The notes: a model not told the origin generated them from the letters alone. A stretch of 27,176 nt of DNA from a virus (IMGVR_UViG_3300044971_001316:1-27176); one strand, 5' to 3'; positions 9,001 to 15,651 are shown, counted from the first letter of the stretch. A program made the numbers and translations.

Positions 9001-10180
9001 GGTCGGTCAGCTTGTCGTACACGCCACCGGCCGCGTCGCCGCCAGCCATGACCATGGACGCGCCGACACCACCAGCGGTTGTACCGGCAGCGCGTGCGCC
9101 TGCCTGAATGGCACCACCACTGATCGCCTCACCCAACGCAACTGTCGGGCTGGCACGGCCGACAAGGCCAACGCCGCCAGCCGAGGCAGCGCCAACCAGG
9201 CGGGATGCGCCAACGATGCCCAAGAAGTTGGGGATCTGCTTGACTGCCTCAGACAGCCCCAGCGCTGGGCTTGTGACAAGTTGCACCACGGTCGCGGCGT
9301 ACTTGTCGAGGAACCCGTCCTCGTTCTGCACGCGCTCACGCAACTGTTCGCGCTGTGCCTTGAGGACGTCAGACTCTTGGGCCTGCAGTTCCTTTTGTGT
9401 TTTTCTGAGCGTGCTGGCGATCTCACTGCTTGGGGCAATGATGTTGATCGGCAACTGCACCAAACCGACAGCGCCCTGGCTCAGGCTGGACAGCGTGTCC
9501 GCCGCCCACTCTCCTGCCGTGCGGAACTCGTCTGCCTTTTCGTCCCGAACAGCTTGAACAATTTCAGGCTTGTTGGCCGAATCGACGATGTCTGCAAAGC
9601 TCTTCTCGCCTCGGGCGTCCATCGCCTTGACGACTTTGTTGACCGTGGGGTCTTGGCTGGCCATCTGGCCACGGCTGCTGCGCACTGAGTCGGCTGCTGC
9701 GACAGCTTTCTGGCTGATTGGGCCAGCACCGTAGGACAAGCGCTTGTCGACTTCAGCCTGACGCTCTTGTGGCGTTGGCTCATAGCCGTCCATGACGCTC
9801 TTGAACTCTGGCTTCAAAGCAGCGCCAATGCTGGCAATCACTCCAGTCTTGGGCTTCTGCGATGTGGCTGAGCCACCGCCGATCCCCAGCGGGTCCACGG
9901 GCTTAGGCAGCGCAGACGACAGGCGAGCGATCAGGCCCGGCTTCTCGGGGGCCTTGTAGCGAGCTGCCAAGCGGGCAGTCTCGTCGCCGGTATCGGGCAC
10001 GGGGGCAAGAGTCTGCTGAGTGTCTGCCAGGAACTGGCCACGCACAGCTTCGACTTCATCCTCTGAGACCCGAGGCGCGACAACCTCATTGAAATACTGG
10101 TTGCGAGCCTCTTCTTGTTCGTCAAAGGAGAGGGCCTGGAATGCGGGGTTCGCCGCTACGTCAGACCATTTCATTGCCAT
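2..10180 (-). CDS. Giant phage ejection/DNA-transfer protein, large polyvalent protein type (>3390 aa, 3' end outside window)
   Basis: ATG at 10180, 3 nt after the TAA of the upstream gene. Manual translation and the absence of any closed ORF in this frame show it is open to the window edge. N-terminus MAMKWSDVAANPAFQALSFDEQEEARNQYFNEVVAPR resembles podophage DNA-transfer proteins. Internal motifs: HEIYH..EE (7133-7147, ~7005); VVYHGT..GIYFT..EYLVFRPEQIKSATGN (ART-PolyVal-like, ~6090-6700); HDAFGH (3560-3577); LFVEEVQSDW (~2520-2545); C-terminal HAEERN..YIPLRG..NIPRD..ENATRF..TNFNRKG typical of the region preceding LPD38. Confidence 0.92.
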   Translation of the reverse strand, partial: MAMKWSDVAANPAFQALSFDEQEEARNQYFNEVVAPRVSEDEVEAVRGQFLADTQQTLAPVPDTGDETARLAARYKAPEKPGLIARLSSALPKPVDPLGIGGGSATSQKPKTGVIASIGAALKPEFKSVMDGYEPTPQERQAEVDKRLSYGAGPISQKAVAAADSVRSSRGQMASQDPTVNKVVKAMDARGEKSFADIVDSANKPEIVQAVRDEKADEFRTAGEWAADTLSSLSQGAVGLVQLPINIIAPSSEIASTLRKTQKELQAQESDVLKAQREQLRERVQNEDGFLDKYAATVVQLVTSPALGLSEAVKQIPNFLGIVGASRLVGAASAGGVGLVGRASPTVALGEAISGGAIQAGARAAGTTAGGVGASMVMAGGDAAGGVYDKLTDPRQTPLSVWQENPDYQELVASGKTSEQAIVEIATAKARMAALVTAPLGLLGFMGAEAAVASRGLGRATAEALTVAGAGKMLAKDVIGEQLEEGGTQFGGNVISRTVDPSQKLSEGVPEAMATALVTSAPFSAVGAASQYQEARAAQAPDFAAERQAVGLFDVNSYDPTLISPEQTMRRAADVGPSAPAREINFTPAGSPTDEAGLVPIVVPIPNRSETTDVSTLGGAGAAPAVGGFPASDQRGGGLGIPGLDAAGTGQLAGGNAGLPAANAGANVPAGSAGGQQAASLTLPRVSPRATDQDLLARTEAAIAAPENNNAVVQPVEQWVGRKGDGYVTEADAAQALPGRQRMFPSLEWSVEQMPSGKFRLAGYEQQNTQPAPTVGTMETGAGVTQPTQAAPAAEPITAPSGKPFSTQQTAAVYAQQNGITGYSTVKMDGGWVIKPTETTLGTQTPQALQGQTQGQQASAISGATSAGVLQPLASRSAAQAQSGGDVGVSSVATGPNAQAQRPGALGTPEGAATAGLKTSLRLAPPAPLRAIGKAITTLSASTGVDAEVDTAPLTEQQQAASAVARLLGRTVTYLKADTPASLPNGFMLPGDSKNIFVANDADDAPLSVAMHEIYHTLPEPQRKALNTQLAQYFRQDRRTEFAEEFDYDAKNDALLDEEIPAFMVQAISKREDFWQDLRTKMGNAEFGEVAKTILAKLNTIISGAKEQYGDEFVSKYITDVAKARDLLSTAYAESMQAQGLTPDVALVSDAQPMASNRAAPETPEFKKFFGNSKVVDDAGKPMVVYHGTGADITAFKPSDGGSLGEGIYFTDDADAASRFAERKEEDMNVLPVYIKAENILDADNITDDQLAAIKSAIPKNIQELVSLGYPQELAIDSKEFIERDLKKVLASRTFNPKSLWLAIEGGPMSVIESIYKAAGFDAITRMSDGLVGRSPFREYLVFRPEQIKSATGNSGIFDPANPDIRMSRRGTTAAGEFDVRTMKDGTMVVYGDPEQIRAQVPDDVKGRVTKDGIVFTNAAAPRVRAALEGRQVAYSRGGEVTEKLPMKNGKYLGAPEKFNTPGKIPTLRKILRQLADEGAPGRYWYENSGKAVLKMVGGDMQEARKFVALLAIYSPQAKVDANSTFALRAWAQYKAGQPISVKTEVMDTKAKGALDDVDAFWSGEKTGNFFFNLLREIDPSTAGKQGATIDMWMMRAGQYETDAPSNTQYSFMENETNRLARELGWEPQQVQAAIWVAMKARMENKGVKKETERTSEKKGWIKFVPGKDGKGKVRVILDEQKHRDNWLKYSFAHDVTKDDTQQAKFDFGDGLMRHIGQVSFEARPGRTSAVLPGIHSAPYAQQVEFQQAVQKAFYNERGTDELAAYLGLLVDSDILAPGVWQGEVSPSTQLNVAMAPAKGTEGKTNVDPAQATALNIYAAVAGLVARQEGVGWHRPFYSSTKRDANGLDINVGRTLNPREVADLETAVGDWMVDNGHPEWQDKFAFVSSPNGIRVVNFGIITNEKLQSDIVKVAESVLPDFEYRVFASSGDMPTNNWKESPNGESYVQRIGAEGRSDVLYWARAVLAPRVQQVFDEYADKYGWGDAGQLRFSQRAGDGSRGQGAGGAQDRQVQAPERADAQAVRGLSANEALPGAPTVRGFTGPDPRLVAVAEQYARDNGIELRRQAEYAQVDPERAARIAEAYEAMPHAPQDLRVKAAYKELIAQTLAQYRALEKAGYKFWFINLDKPDNQEYASSPWNAMRDIRANKVMGVFPTDDGFGSGDFDPASNPLLEDTGIKWPSGSLFGPRKRVLANDLFRAVHDAFGHGLEGSGFRAQGEENAWQAHVRLFTGSAVAAITSETRGQNSWLNYGPTGESNRTAKVEDTVFADQKTGLLPEWAWTEGRVGDMPMFSNRAKPAFYSQLERTIANVPAKLATQPASQWALWLDSNGPKQGVKKDEMEWSGIKDYLTLRGKDKVTSAELQAYLADSGVRVSEQMLGDIKDFSAMDDAQVVKEYTRIRGYAPEANGEAMSREEILDELEGMLDEDADDTKYGKYTLPGGENYRELLITLPEVTGNQQIRLEGTRKRLQAMEEMVSEFAGLGLSEKAAQFQVKADNLRKEVDALEKAPPQKRTDNYRSSHWDEKNVLAHIRINDRTDADGKRVLFVEEVQSDWGQTAKKEGTGDTLKTGWKIVEQEPGFFHLKEDGYSLPRAFGTKDAVMKAADRMGALMKGVPAAPFIGKTEGWLNLALKRIAMMAVEGGYDKVAFVNGEQSADRYDLSKQIQSIAYSPEEKLLDAWDNNRRKVMRREITDESQLEDYVGKEVAKRLLAQPLVMGKHLLDGEDIKVGGEGMKAFYDQIVPQAITKLLPKLGGEKLGSVGVPLPVGNGEKTPAGAVQWVINVDGREYNGYSDEGVARQELAELLEDGKNAELIDERNPEVSQQPGFDVTDKMRETVGQGLPMFSNRAADKAKSVATPEVRTSNRRQKLIGSTFELPATGKVDAARIKLQDDGLRMKRVIEAVEAKKGSKVSEAQNFYDANTLMPGRIQAAMDDFRDNVMRPLIDKAVGFGIDLDELALYSYAKHAEERNAYIASINKRMPDGGSGMTDAHAKSILQLAKASGDEAKFEELHRDLMAITSTTRQVMLAEGLITQDEFDALDGAYENYIPLRGLENVDENTGAMRPGIGRGINVRGGETIRAMGRKSQASDLIENVIRDYQRVIMRVEKNDVGKVLLDFVLSNPDPDLWGVDVERNKPAFNKATGTVQYTKSIEKGEDTIGVKVGGQQVYIKLADPELARAIRQAWKDETSGLERATLAVSGWWNNWLRNVLTRYNPAFAAINIPRDALWSGTSAALAELGPKGLAKYLANYGKALMASARQEAGIGGTANKIIGNQQMDQRFQEFRNAGSITGGFYMRSLDDINKDLRNEMLLAGAKSKNTFEAIKSLPPYKLATLTARMLEFMGSASENATRFALYQAAREVGKTPTQAALLAKDGTTNFNRKGEWGGALN
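4102..4356 (-). CDS. Overprinted small protein, 84 aa (MGKATYKGLVPKDDPMFSTGPELFSRP...), in +1 frame of the giant ORF
   Basis: Strong SD GAAGGAGAG-cccaa-ATG. The last ~32 codons almost all end in G/C, while the host frame uses rare codons (GTA, AGG, GGA, CGA, AGA) over the overlap. Confidence 0.62.
   Translation of the reverse strand: MGKATYKGLVPKDDPMFSTGPELFSRPESSKSSTSTQTNTAGAMQANSDSANAPETEAEGKELGARRIARFKHQNEQMRKQSED
7429..7659 (-). CDS. Overprinted small basic helical protein, 76 aa (TTG start; MALKPLKPSKAKRKDSKH...RVLQLLA), in +1 frame of the giant ORF
   Basis: SD-containing CGGAGACGACCc directly before TTG at 7659. Protein-like helical sequence with GC3-rich codons; the host frame here is a low-complexity Q/G/A/S linker. 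Confidence 0.62.
   Translation of the reverse strand: MALKPLKPSKAKRKDSKHLPSVEQQAQEYFSRWQAEVQRRRKAEETLGSVQWRLDPTLKLSDLEPLVRQRVLQLLA
8137..8343 (-). CDS. Overprinted small acidic/hydrophobic protein, 68 aa (MSAHLAELEPRLQWAVSQRAISVAEAWAFQD...), in +1 frame of the giant ORF
   Basis: SD-containing CGGAGACGACCg directly before ATG at 8343. Codon usage (CTG, GAG, CAG, GCG, GAC) matches the phage's real genes; the host frame degenerates to a G/A-rich linker (GGAGAAPAVGG...AGSAGG). Confidence 0.7.
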   Translation of the reverse strand: MSAHLAELEPRLQWAVSQRAISVAEAWAFQDLMLLAPDNSLVEMPDCLQPMLGRMFLLEVQADNRLPA

Positions 10181-10183
10181 GGT

Positions 10184-11239
10184 TTACTTCCAAAGATTGC
10201 TGTAGTTCTTCGTGGGTGTGCCCGAAGTGCTGGGTCGATTATCGCTGGACTTTGGAGCGGTTGCTCCGCCGGTCAAACGCTGGATAGCGCGCTCGCGCTT
10301 TTCGTCTTCAGTCAGCTTGTTGAACTGGTAATCGTTCTTGGCCATCTGGGTCACCAAGCTGGCAACTTTGTTGTTGAAGTCGCTCGACTTGATGCCCAAA
10401 TTCTTGGTGCTGCCGTCGCTCATGATGGCGACCATGTTGCCTGCGTCGTCCACCTTCGTGCTGCGGACTTTGGGGGCAGAGCTTGCAGACCCGCCCGACC
10501 CGCCGCCACTGGCACGCGGCCTGTTGGCGTTGGTCACCGAAGCCTCTGCCCGCGTGGTGGCCGCATCGGCCTGCTGCTGGGCAATGGGCAGCTTTGCCTC
10601 AGAGGCATCGCGGCGCTGGGTGATCGCAGCCATCGTTGCGGCAAACTGCTGGTCGTTCTTCTTCTCGGTATTCTCCAGCCGGATCTGGTCGAGCACGTCC
10701 TTGCGCTTCTTGGCGTAGGCGTCGATCACCGAAGAGTGAGCGCCCAGTTCCAAGGCTGCAGTCGACTGATCGTCGGCTGCACGCAGGCGCGGGTCCATCT
10801 TGTCTGCAATGGCCCCGCCGATGATTCCTGACTTAGCGTAGCTCTCGCGCAGCTTGGGGTCGCTCTGCATGAGCCCCTTGAGCTGATCCTCGCTCAGCGC
10901 AAAGTCGCCGTCCTCGCCCGCCTGCGCGGACGACTTGGCCAGCGTCTGGCTGTCTCGACCCAGTGCAGCCGCGTCCCGGCGCATAGGGGCCTGCGCTGCG
11001 CGCTCCTCGACCTGCACCGCCTCAGTGGCAACGCGGGTCTTCAGCGCCTCGGCCTTGGCCTCCTCGCGGTCCGCCTTGATGCGGTCGAGCGCTTCTTGGC
11101 GAGCAAGCAGTCGCTCCTCGCGCTGAGCCTCGCGCTCGGACTGCATGCGGGACTCAATGTCCTTGGCCATGTAGTTGCCGAACGTGGAGCCCGCGTCTGC
11201 AATGCCTTTGCCGATACCGGCCCAGATCAGTCCGCTCAT
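10184..11239 (-). CDS. Putative ejection/internal virion protein, 351 aa
   Basis: SD GAGGT; ATGA overlap with the upstream gene. Gly-rich hydrophobic N-terminus (MSGLIWAGIGKGIADAG) followed by a charged coiled coil; sits directly upstream of the giant ejection ORF. Confidence 0.8.
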   Translation of the reverse strand: MSGLIWAGIGKGIADAGSTFGNYMAKDIESRMQSEREAQREERLLARQEALDRIKADREEAKAEALKTRVATEAVQVEERAAQAPMRRDAAALGRDSQTLAKSSAQAGEDGDFALSEDQLKGLMQSDPKLRESYAKSGIIGGAIADKMDPRLRAADDQSTAALELGAHSSVIDAYAKKRKDVLDQIRLENTEKKNDQQFAATMAAITQRRDASEAKLPIAQQQADAATTRAEASVTNANRPRASGGGSGGSASSAPKVRSTKVDDAGNMVAIMSDGSTKNLGIKSSDFNNKVASLVTQMAKNDYQFNKLTEDEKRERAIQRLTGGATAPKSSDNRPSTSGTPTKNYSNLWK

Positions 11240-11799
11240 GCTGGCACCTCTTGTTCCTCTCCCTGAAGCTGGTTGAACTCTTCAGGATTGACTTGGTCCA
11301 TCGCCTGCTGCAGTTGCGTGGTGTCCACGCCCTGCTCGCCAAGGAAGCGCAGGATCATTTGCTTGAGCGCCATGGCGACGTCGGAAGGCTGGTACTGCAC
11401 GCCAGCGGCCTCGCCGATCTCGGCGACTTCTTCCAAGATGTTGGATGCGAACAGCACCAGCAGCTCGTCGGGGATCGCGCCCTCGGTGCGCTCGTCCACG
11501 ATGGACACGATTTCGTAGGCGGTGTTGGCCAGTGCCTCCGAGGGATCGCCGCCGGTCTGCAGCGACTTGGCCACGTTCTTGGCGGCCTCCTTGCCGTAGA
11601 GCGCCTCCATCGAGAACGCCATGGCCTGCTGGTAGCCGGGGTCGGCGTCAGGGTCTGGACCCTCGCCCTCGGCCATCTCGCCCGCAGGCATCTGCTGCTC
11701 GGGCATTGCCTGCTCGGGCATCGGCTGCTGTGGGGCTGCGGGCTGCGCCTGCTCGGGGGCTGGAGCGCCAGCCATCTGTTGTTGAATGAGTCCTGCCAT
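11236..11799 (-). CDS. Acidic hypothetical protein, 187 aa, in the ejection module
   Basis: SD AAAGGAAAG; P/Q/M-rich N-terminus and acidic helical body; tight packing with neighbours. Confidence 0.82.
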   Translation of the reverse strand: MAGLIQQQMAGAPAPEQAQPAAPQQPMPEQAMPEQQMPAGEMAEGEGPDPDADPGYQQAMAFSMEALYGKEAAKNVAKSLQTGGDPSEALANTAYEIVSIVDERTEGAIPDELLVLFASNILEEVAEIGEAAGVQYQPSDVAMALKQMILRFLGEQGVDTTQLQQAMDQVNPEEFNQLQGEEQEVPA

Positions 11800-11810
11800 G
11801 ATCTTTCCTT

Positions 11811-12518
11811 TCAGCCCCAGAGGCGTGTACCGACGTTGGTGTTGTAGCGTTTGCGCTCGTCTTCAGCCATCTGGACCTGCTGGTCCTGCTGCTTCTTGGC
11901 CCCGTACCCCTGCATGGCACCGCCAATCAGTTGGGTGCCGCCGGAGATCAGCGCGGGGGCTGTGTAGGGGCTGGACATGATGCCGCCGACCAAGCCCTTG
12001 CCTGCACCTGACGCCAGTTGGAGGCCGGTCGTGGCTGCGTTGGTAGCCGCAGGGAATGCGGTGGCCGCAGCGGCGTTCGTTGCCTGCGTGGCTCCGGTGA
12101 TGCCAGCGTTCTGCGTTGCAAGCATCTGGGCCTGCGACATGCCGTTGGTGATCGCACCTCCTGCGGCACCTGCCAAAGCACTGCCACCCGTAGCAGCACC
12201 AGCGCCGTAGGCACCAGTGAAACCAGAGCCGATTGAGCTGGCCGCGCCACTGAGGCCGCCGGTGCCCGTCAGCGCACCCCATGCTCCAGAAATCCCAGAC
12301 GCCGCACTGGATAGCCCCGCGCTCGCCCCCGACAGGAACCCGGCACCAGAGGTCGCGCCTCCGATCCCACCCATCAGCGCCGCACCACCGAAGTAGACGG
12401 CCGCCGCCGTGATCAGAATCTTGCCGAGCTTGGAGCTGGCCACCTTTTTGACGGCGTTGGTCACGCCCTTGACGACCTTGCTGACCGCACGGCCCACCGA
12501 CTTGACTGCCTTGCTCAT
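11811..12518 (-). CDS. Gly/Ala-rich putative DNA pilot/ejection protein, 235 aa
   Basis: SD TAGGAG; ATGA overlap. Basic amphipathic N-terminus, hydrophobic segment, long G/A-rich body and Gln-rich C-terminus, the usual layout of small podophage ejection proteins. Confidence 0.78.
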   Translation of the reverse strand: MSKAVKSVGRAVSKVVKGVTNAVKKVASSKLGKILITAAAVYFGGAALMGGIGGATSGAGFLSGASAGLSSAASGISGAWGALTGTGGLSGAASSIGSGFTGAYGAGAATGGSALAGAAGGAITNGMSQAQMLATQNAGITGATQATNAAAATAFPAATNAATTGLQLASGAGKGLVGGIMSSPYTAPALISGGTQLIGGAMQGYGAKKQQDQQVQMAEDERKRYNTNVGTRLWG

Positions 12519-12964
12519 GTTGCACTCCTAACGTATGTCAGGTTCAGGCTTTCACGAGCAAAGCCCAACCGATTTAAAAACTTCACCAGACGCGGATCTG
12601 CGCCGGGCTCCAATTCCATGACCGCCACTTTGATGGCAGAGCGGCTCTTGACCCACCGTGCGAACTCGCGCAGCAGCGGGATTGCAGCACCCGGCACCCG
12701 GGTGTAGTACAGCAGCACCGAGCACTGCAGCTTGCTGAACCAGAACGATTCCTGCACGCATGCGGCCACCGATGCCACCACCTTGCCGTCCTGCTCCGCG
12801 ACCCACATGAAGTGGGCGGGGTTCAGGCAGGTGCGTGCGGTGTCGGCCATCGCCTCGCGGTTGATCTTCACCGGCAGCGGGTCGTGCGACACCGACTCCA
12901 CCGCGATGTCCACGATCGCGGGGATGTCATCAAGTTTGGCCTTGCGGCAGACGATCTTGGTCAT
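12515..12964 (-). CDS. GNAT-fold (acetyltransferase-like) protein, 149 aa
   Basis: CRKAKLDDIPAIVDI...WVAEQDGKVVA...LLREFARW...FLNRLGF is a GNAT pattern. A GNAT-like gene next to internal virion genes is typical of podophages. Confidence 0.8.
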   Translation of the reverse strand: MTKIVCRKAKLDDIPAIVDIAVESVSHDPLPVKINREAMADTARTCLNPAHFMWVAEQDGKVVASVAACVQESFWFSKLQCSVLLYYTRVPGAAIPLLREFARWVKSRSAIKVAVMELEPGADPRLVKFLNRLGFARESLNLTYVRSAT

Positions 12965-15549
12965 GCTGTGTTGTTGCCGTAGTAGTTGGCGTATGGATCA
13001 ACCCCGTAATCGGGGTCGCCGGGCGAGCGGCCCCACTGGTCGTTTGGCTGCGCGGCAGGTGCTGGTGCTACAGGTGCTGCAGGCTGAACGGGTGCTTGTA
13101 TGACGCTGTTGACTAAGCCAGCAGCCGATCTGGCTGAGTCAATCCCAGCCGCTCCGGTAGGGTTCTGCGTGCGCCAGTCGGTGACGGCGCGGTCAAATGT
13201 TGATAGGCCGTTCTGCTGCCAGTAAGCAATGTCAGCGTCTGTCGGGTTGGGGTTGGCTCCAGGGGTATTCCTGTAGGCATCCAGAACCTGCTGACGTGTT
13301 GTTTGCGGTGGAGTTGACGCAGCGGGAGCCCCGCCGCCTGCGCCTGGGCCGGGCGAAACAACGCCCGCCCCACCGCTTGGCCCGGCAATGGTCGGCAGGG
13401 GGGTGTTGTAGAACGTAGAGCCCCACTGCATGGTGTTGTTGGCGTTGTCGATGGCGTTTTGAATCGCAACCTTCTTTGCCTCTGGCGTCATGTTCCCGTC
13501 GGCCTGAATTGCATTGACCGCGCTTGACGTCTGCAGCGTCAGGTTGGCGGCAAACGTCTTGCTCACGTTGGCTTGACTCAGATCGTTGCCCAGCCGCGTC
13601 ATCGACTCTTGCTGTGCGCGGTCGAGGCTGGACTGCGTGGCGCTGAACTGCTGCTGCGCGGTCTGCAAGGACTTCTGCGCGTCGATCTGTGCCTGAGCAA
13701 GGTTTGCCTGCTGGGTGCGGTCCAAGGCACTCTGTGCACCAGAAAAATTCTGCTGCGCAGTCTGCAGCGCTTGCTGCGCGGCAATGGACTTGTCGCTGAG
13801 CGCGACCTGCTGCGCACGGTCCAATTCGTTCTGCGCAGTCGTGAAGGTCTGCTGCGCGCTTTGCTGCTCCTTCTGTGCAGTGATCTGCTTGTCTGCAATG
13901 CTTGTCTGCTGAGCGCGATCCAGTTCTCCTTGCGCGCTTTGGAATGTTTGCTGAGCGGCTTGCAGAGCCTGCTGGGCAGCGACGCTCTTGTCGGCCAGTG
14001 CAACCTGTTGCGCACGATCCAGATCATTCTGTGCAGTGGTGAATGCCTGCTGAGCAGTCTGCTGCCGTTCCTGCGCAGCAATCTGCGTGTTGACGATACC
14101 CGTCTGCTGGGTGCGGTCTGCAACATTCTCTCCGCGCTGGAACTCTTGACGAGCCCTCTCCAACGCCTGATTGGCAGTGATGTTTTTGTCCGCCAACATG
14201 ATCTGAGCTGCACGGTCCTGCTCAGCCTGGTTGCCTTGAAACGTCTGCTGCGCGGCCTGAAGATCTCTTTGTGCTGCGATCTGTGTGTTGACGATGCCAG
14301 TCTGCTGCGTGCGGTCGAGCGCGTTCTGTCCAGACGTAAAGGTCTGCTGCTGGGACTGCAGGTTCACTTGCTGCGTGCGGTCCAGATTCGCCTGCGCGCC
14401 TTGGAAGTTCTGCTGCGCAACCTGAAGGGCTTGTTGTGCGGCAACGCTCTTGTCTGCCAGAGCAACTTGTTGTGCGCGCTCAAGTTCGTTCTGCGCGCCG
14501 GTGAACACTTGCTGGGCCGACTGCAGGTCCTTCTGAGCGGCAATCTGCTGCGCGTTTTGTCCGGCCGTGAACTTCTGGCTGCTCTCTTGCAGCGACACCT
14601 GCTGGGCACGGTCAAGGTTGTTCTGTGCAGCCTGAAAGTTCTGCTGCGCGGCCTGCAGGTTCTGCTGCGCCGCGATCGACTTGTCTGCCAGCACAACCTC
14701 TTGAGCGCGCTGCAATTGGTTCTGGGCCGCAGTGAAGTCCTGCTGCGCCTTCATCAGAGTGACTTGCTGCGTGCGATCCAAAGTGTTCTGGCCAGCCGTG
14801 AACTGCTGCTGGCTTTCCTGCAGCGCCTTCTGGTTGACGCGGTCCAGCTCGGACTGCGCACCCTGGAAGACTTGCTGAGCCACTTGAAGCGCCTTCTGCG
14901 CCTCAATGCTCTTGTCGGCCAAGGCTGTCTGCTGAGCACGATCCAACTGCGACTGTGCAGACTGGAAGTCTTGAGTTGCCTTGTTCTGCTCCGCAGTAAA
15001 CGCCTGGCCGCCCATGCGCTCGCTCGTTTGGAACGACCGATTGGTAGCGTTCTCTCCAGACGTGAACGCCTGATCAGACTTCTGCAGGCCAAACTTGTTG
15101 ATCTCGCTGGCGTTGAACTGGCCAGCCTCGTTGATCGTCTGCTGGTTGGCCAACGTGCGGTTTGAGAATGTCTGCGCATCCTGCTGCGCAAGGGGCGTGA
15201 TGCGGTCAATCATGGCCGCGACACCAGCGCCTTGGTTGATTGAGCTGTTGACCAAGCCTCGGCGGTTCATCCCCTGAGTGGCCAGCGTGCGAGCCCGCTG
15301 CATGAGCGGGTTGTCCTTGGCCAGCAGCGACTCGACCTGACCTGCAGCGGTCTCGGTCGCCCGGTCTACTTCACGGGTCTGGGGGGTGTAGGTCTGCGCG
15401 GCCATGTTGGCCACGCCAGGCAGGGTGGTGGACTGCGCTGCGTTTGCGCCCTGAGTCGCGCCGCCCGACATGGCGTTGCCCACCAGGCCCGTGGAGCCGG
15501 ACGCTTGGGGCTGCGTGTCGAATGGGTTATTGGGGACAGTTGTTGCCAT
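12961..15549 (-). CDS. Gln/Ala-rich repetitive internal virion/ejection protein, 862 aa
   Basis: SD AAGAGG. About 490 aa of 11-residue-periodic repeats (F-x-x-AQ-x-x-LDR); N-terminal MNRRGLVNSS..AQQDA block; C-terminal small helical unit (VLDAYR..PTDADIAYWQ). Confidence 0.85.
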   Translation of the reverse strand: MATTVPNNPFDTQPQASGSTGLVGNAMSGGATQGANAAQSTTLPGVANMAAQTYTPQTREVDRATETAAGQVESLLAKDNPLMQRARTLATQGMNRRGLVNSSINQGAGVAAMIDRITPLAQQDAQTFSNRTLANQQTINEAGQFNASEINKFGLQKSDQAFTSGENATNRSFQTSERMGGQAFTAEQNKATQDFQSAQSQLDRAQQTALADKSIEAQKALQVAQQVFQGAQSELDRVNQKALQESQQQFTAGQNTLDRTQQVTLMKAQQDFTAAQNQLQRAQEVVLADKSIAAQQNLQAAQQNFQAAQNNLDRAQQVSLQESSQKFTAGQNAQQIAAQKDLQSAQQVFTGAQNELERAQQVALADKSVAAQQALQVAQQNFQGAQANLDRTQQVNLQSQQQTFTSGQNALDRTQQTGIVNTQIAAQRDLQAAQQTFQGNQAEQDRAAQIMLADKNITANQALERARQEFQRGENVADRTQQTGIVNTQIAAQERQQTAQQAFTTAQNDLDRAQQVALADKSVAAQQALQAAQQTFQSAQGELDRAQQTSIADKQITAQKEQQSAQQTFTTAQNELDRAQQVALSDKSIAAQQALQTAQQNFSGAQSALDRTQQANLAQAQIDAQKSLQTAQQQFSATQSSLDRAQQESMTRLGNDLSQANVSKTFAANLTLQTSSAVNAIQADGNMTPEAKKVAIQNAIDNANNTMQWGSTFYNTPLPTIAGPSGGAGVVSPGPGAGGGAPAASTPPQTTRQQVLDAYRNTPGANPNPTDADIAYWQQNGLSTFDRAVTDWRTQNPTGAAGIDSARSAAGLVNSVIQAPVQPAAPVAPAPAAQPNDQWGRSPGDPDYGVDPYANYYGNNTA
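13600..15070 (-). repeat. Degenerate coding tandem repeat with 33-nt (11-aa) base period
   Basis: Phe residues spaced 11, 22 or 33 aa apart; recurrent LDRAQQVALADKS and DRTQQTGIVNTQIAAQ units. Confidence 0.85.
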
Positions 15550-15566
15550 TGGACGGCCTCTTCATG

Positions 15567-15594
15567 AAACAAAAAAGGCCCGCCAATGCGAGCC
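15567..15594 (-). terminator. Rho-independent terminator after the lysis cassette
   Basis: Minus strand GGCTCGC-ATTG-GCGGGCC hairpin (7 bp, one G:U) followed by TTTTTTGTTT. Confidence 0.8.
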
Positions 15595-15640
15595 ATGTCC
15601 GGGAAACTGCAGACGCACCTCCCCGGGAACGAATTCTAAG

Positions 15641-15651
15641 GCATTGTGATA
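15641..15651 (-). promoter_or_regulatory. Repeated intergenic motif TATCACAATGC (copy 1)
   Basis: Identical 11-mer at 18999-19009; both lie just after a stop codon and are followed by nnTAG(A/G)A. Confidence 0.4.

Noticed and set aside
1738-10125. Other alternative-frame minus-strand ORFs in the giant gene (e.g. 2458..2673, 3433..3858, 4501..5019, 6886..7188, 9007..9438, 9481..9783)
   Set aside because: S/T/R/P-rich shadow composition, no clear SD, and codon bias stays in the host frame, unlike the three accepted nested genes.
329-10831. Many long plus-strand ORFs (e.g. 329..1120, 1142..2095, 5423..6286, 6365..7423)
   Set aside because: Antisense shadows of the GC3-biased giant ORF; no recognisable motifs or convincing RBS.
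13600-15070. Possible CRISPR array or non-coding repeat
   Set aside because: Repeats are degenerate, in frame and vary at synonymous sites, with no repeat-spacer structure.
13573-15165. 530-aa Leu-rich plus-strand ORF that could pass for a leucine-rich repeat protein
   Set aside because: It is the reverse complement of CAG (Gln)-rich repeats in the real gene.
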